This document shows, one piece after another, positions 61,709 through 64,000 of a DNA stretch of 64,000 nt (within the stretch, counting starts at the first letter, position 1; every line of letters begins with the position of its first letter). Below the pieces are notes generated by a model that made no database searches, had not been told where the DNA came from, and worked only from the letters and a program-made list of their open reading frames with translations. The DNA comes from Polyangiaceae bacterium (GTDB lineage Bacteria; Myxococcota_A; Polyangia; Polyangiales; Polyangiaceae), in the NCBI GenBank assembly GCA_044222475.1, contig JBGANF010000003.1, positions 1 through 64,000 of the forward strand, given 5' to 3'. A program made the position numbers and the translations under genes.

Positions 61709-62421
61709 ATCGCCCTTCCGAGCGCCTCGTCGACTTCGTTCGGGTCGAACCCGACCATCACCTTGCCGCGCACGTCGATGACCGGGATCGATCCGTTGGG
61801 GAGCCCGAACCGACGGAGCTTTCCCTTCATCTCGTCGTTCGCGGCGCTGTCCTTCTCGACGTCCTTCTCGACGTAGGGGATCCCCTTCTTCCGGAGGTAG
61901 GCCGCCGCCTCGTGGCAGGCGCCGCACCACGACGCGCCGTAGATGATCACCGGCGGGCGGGCGACGCCGCTCGGATCGTGGGGCATCGCTCCGCCGGTGT
62001 TCGTCGCGGTCGCGACCACCGAGGCGGACGCGCTCGGCGCGGCGCTCGCGAGCGTCGGGCCGAGCTTCTCGCGGCGGGCGACGGCGAGCTTGTCGAAGTC
62101 GGCGCGGGTCATCGTCTGCACCGGGTAGGTGCCGTCGGGTCCTTTGTTGCGCAGGTCGGCGACGAAGACCTTGTCGGCGTGAGTGCCGACGTCCTTCTCG
62201 GGATCGACGACGCGCACGGCGTCGCGACCGACGAGCGGCACGTCCGCGGGCTTCTGCTCGACGTGGAAGTTCCCCTTCTCGTCGATCCAGGTGAGGAGGA
62301 GCCCCTGGGTGTCGTCCTTGACGACGATCGTGTCACCGCCGCCTTCGGTCTTCTTCTTCGGGCAGCCGGTGAGGACGAGCCCGAACAAGAGGAAGCCCAC
62401 GATGAACAGGATGGATCTCAC
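61705..62421 (-). CDS. Lipoprotein with a C-terminal glutaredoxin/NrdH-like domain
   Basis: LTGC lipobox; YGASWCGAC, SIPVIDV and GFD motifs. Confidence 0.85.
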   Translation of the reverse strand: MRSILFIVGFLLFGLVLTGCPKKKTEGGGDTIVVKDDTQGLLLTWIDEKGNFHVEQKPADVPLVGRDAVRVVDPEKDVGTHADKVFVADLRNKGPDGTYPVQTMTRADFDKLAVARREKLGPTLASAAPSASASVVATATNTGGAMPHDPSGVARPPVIIYGASWCGACHEAAAYLRKKGIPYVEKDVEKDSAANDEMKGKLRRFGLPNGSIPVIDVRGKVMVGFDPNEVDEALGRAM

Positions 62422-64000
62422 GAAGCGCCCTTCCGCACGTCGCGTGCCGTGTCTTCCGACAACTTCGTCCACTCCGCCATCATCGCATCGACCTTCTTCG
62501 CCAAAGACTGCTCCTCCGCCGCCATTTCCGCCAGCTTCGCCCAGTCACCGCCGGGATCGGCCTTTAGACGTTCACGCAGCATCCCGAGCTGGGTCTCGGC
62601 GACCGCGATGGAGCTCTCCAGCTCGCTGATACGTTTGACGCGGCGCTCTCGTTCCCGCGAAGCGACGCGATTTTCCTCGTGTTCTCGCCGTTTGTCCTCC
62701 TTCGGAGGAGGAACGCTCTTCTTCGGCTGCGGGGCGGCTTCCACCGCCTTCTCGCGGGCAGTGTCGGCCACGAAGTCGCGGTAGCCGCCCTGGTAGACCG
62801 AGACCTTGCCGTCCCGGACGCTGACGATGCGGGTCGCGACGTTCTCGAGGAAGCGGCGATCGTGCGAGACGAAGAACACGGTGCCCTCGAACGACGCGAG
62901 CGCCTCTTCGAGGATCTCGGCGGCGGGGATGTCGAGGTGGTTCGTCGGCTCGTCGAGGAAGAGCAGGTTGCGCGGCTCGAGGAGCATCTTCGCGAGCGCG
63001 AGGCGCGAGCGTTCGCCGCCGGAGTACCCGGAGGTCACGCGCAGCGGGTCGTCTCCCCAGAAGCGGAAGCGCGCCAGGTACTCGCGCGCCTTCTCGACGG
63101 TGAAGTCTCCGCGGATGCGACGGATCTCGTCGACGGCGGTCAGCCGCGTGTCGATGTCGCCGAGGTGCTGATCGAAGTAGCCCTCTTGCAGGTTCGTTCC
63201 ACGCTTCACCGCGCCGGTGTCTTCGGCCGAGCCGCGACCGGCGAGCAGCTTGAGGAGGGTCGTCTTGCCCGAGCCGTTGGGGCCGACGACGCCGATGCGT
63301 TCGCCGCGGCGCACGAGGAGCTCCACGCCGGAGAACAGCACGCGCCCGCCGCGCTCGGCGCGGAGATCCTTCGCGTCGATCACGATGTCGCCGCTGCGCG
63401 CCGCGGGGGCGAAGCGAAACGCGACCCGCTCGGCGACGGCCCACACGTCCTCGGGGCGCTCGATGCGGTCGAGCTTCTCGAGCATCTTGCGACGGCTCTG
63501 CGCCTGCTTGGTCTTCTGGCCGGCGATGTTCTTCCGGATGAAGTCCTCGGTCTTCTCGATCATCGAGTCTTGGCGCTCTTTGAGCGCGCGCTCGCGGGCG
63601 AGGTCTTCTTCGCGCGCGACGGCGTAGTCGGAGTAGCGGAGCGGGTACGTGCGCAAGCCGCGCGAGCCGAGCTCGAACGTGGCCGGGCACGTCGCATCGA
63701 GGAACGCGCGGTCGTGGCTGACGACGAGCACCGCGCCGCGGTAGCTCTTGAGCCAACCTTCGAGCCACGCGATGGTGTCGAGATCCAAGTGGTTCGTGGG
63801 CTCGTCGAGCAGCAGCAGCTGCGGCTCCTTGGCGAGGCTGACGCCGAGGGTGAGCCGCCCGCGCTCGCCGCCACTGAGCGACGCGACGGGGCGCACGAGA
63901 TCGGCGTCGGAGAAGCCTAGCTTGTGCGCCAAGATCGCGACCTGACGTTCGAGCTCGTCGCCCTTGAGCAGGTGGTAGCGATCGGTGACCGTCACGAGGC
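62418..64000 (-). CDS. ABC-F family ATPase (5' end outside the window)
   Basis: Two NBDs (LSGGE/LDEPTNHLD twice; GPNGSGKTT), inter-ABC linker, C-terminal coiled coil, no TM helices. Confidence 0.94.
   Translation of the reverse strand, partial: LVTVTDRYHLLKGDELERQVAILAHKLGFSDADLVRPVASLSGGERGRLTLGVSLAKEPQLLLLDEPTNHLDLDTIAWLEGWLKSYRGAVLVVSHDRAFLDATCPATFELGSRGLRTYPLRYSDYAVAREEDLARERALKERQDSMIEKTEDFIRKNIAGQKTKQAQSRRKMLEKLDRIERPEDVWAVAERVAFRFAPAARSGDIVIDAKDLRAERGGRVLFSGVELLVRRGERIGVVGPNGSGKTTLLKLLAGRGSAEDTGAVKRGTNLQEGYFDQHLGDIDTRLTAVDEIRRIRGDFTVEKAREYLARFRFWGDDPLRVTSGYSGGERSRLALAKMLLEPRNLLFLDEPTNHLDIPAAEILEEALASFEGTVFFVSHDRRFLENVATRIVSVRDGKVSVYQGGYRDFVADTAREKAVEAAPQPKKSVPPPKEDKRREHEENRVASRERERRVKRISELESSIAVAETQLGMLRERLKADPGGDWAKLAEMAAEEQSLAKKVDAMMAEWTKLSEDTARDVRKGAS

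Overview
High-GC window from a myxobacterium, most likely Polyangiales (Labilithrix/Sorangium-like). This is inferred from the gene content: TIGR02266-type PilZ, a MYXO-CTERM tail, an RpoH-box sigma factor, many lipoproteins and Ser/Thr kinases. About 60 real CDSs are densely packed, and most other ORFs in the track are antisense or off-frame shadows. Main contents: (1) a ~16 kb minus-strand respiratory cluster: heme O synthase, a lipoprotein, alternative complex III actABCDEF, a small membrane protein, SCO, a caa3-like A2-type oxidase (II-I-III-IV) and a monoheme cytochrome c; (2) three membrane Ser/Thr (pseudo)kinase + TPR/PEGA gene pairs; (3) an emrAB-like efflux pair with a sigma54 promoter, divergent from an unusual XRE-HTH/AAA+ activator; (4) housekeeping genes: nadA, alr, mlaE, solA, rsmI, an rpoH-family sigma, ABC transporters and an ABC-F protein. 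The most unusual observations are an OmpA-like peptidoglycan-binding domain inserted in ActF, an extended CuA ligand loop in CoxII, the recurrent kinase/TPR-PEGA module, the activator with its HTH at the N-terminus, and widespread leaderless-type promoters. I recognised no rRNA, tRNA, CRISPR array or transposase. All family calls come from reading motifs by eye, not from database searches.
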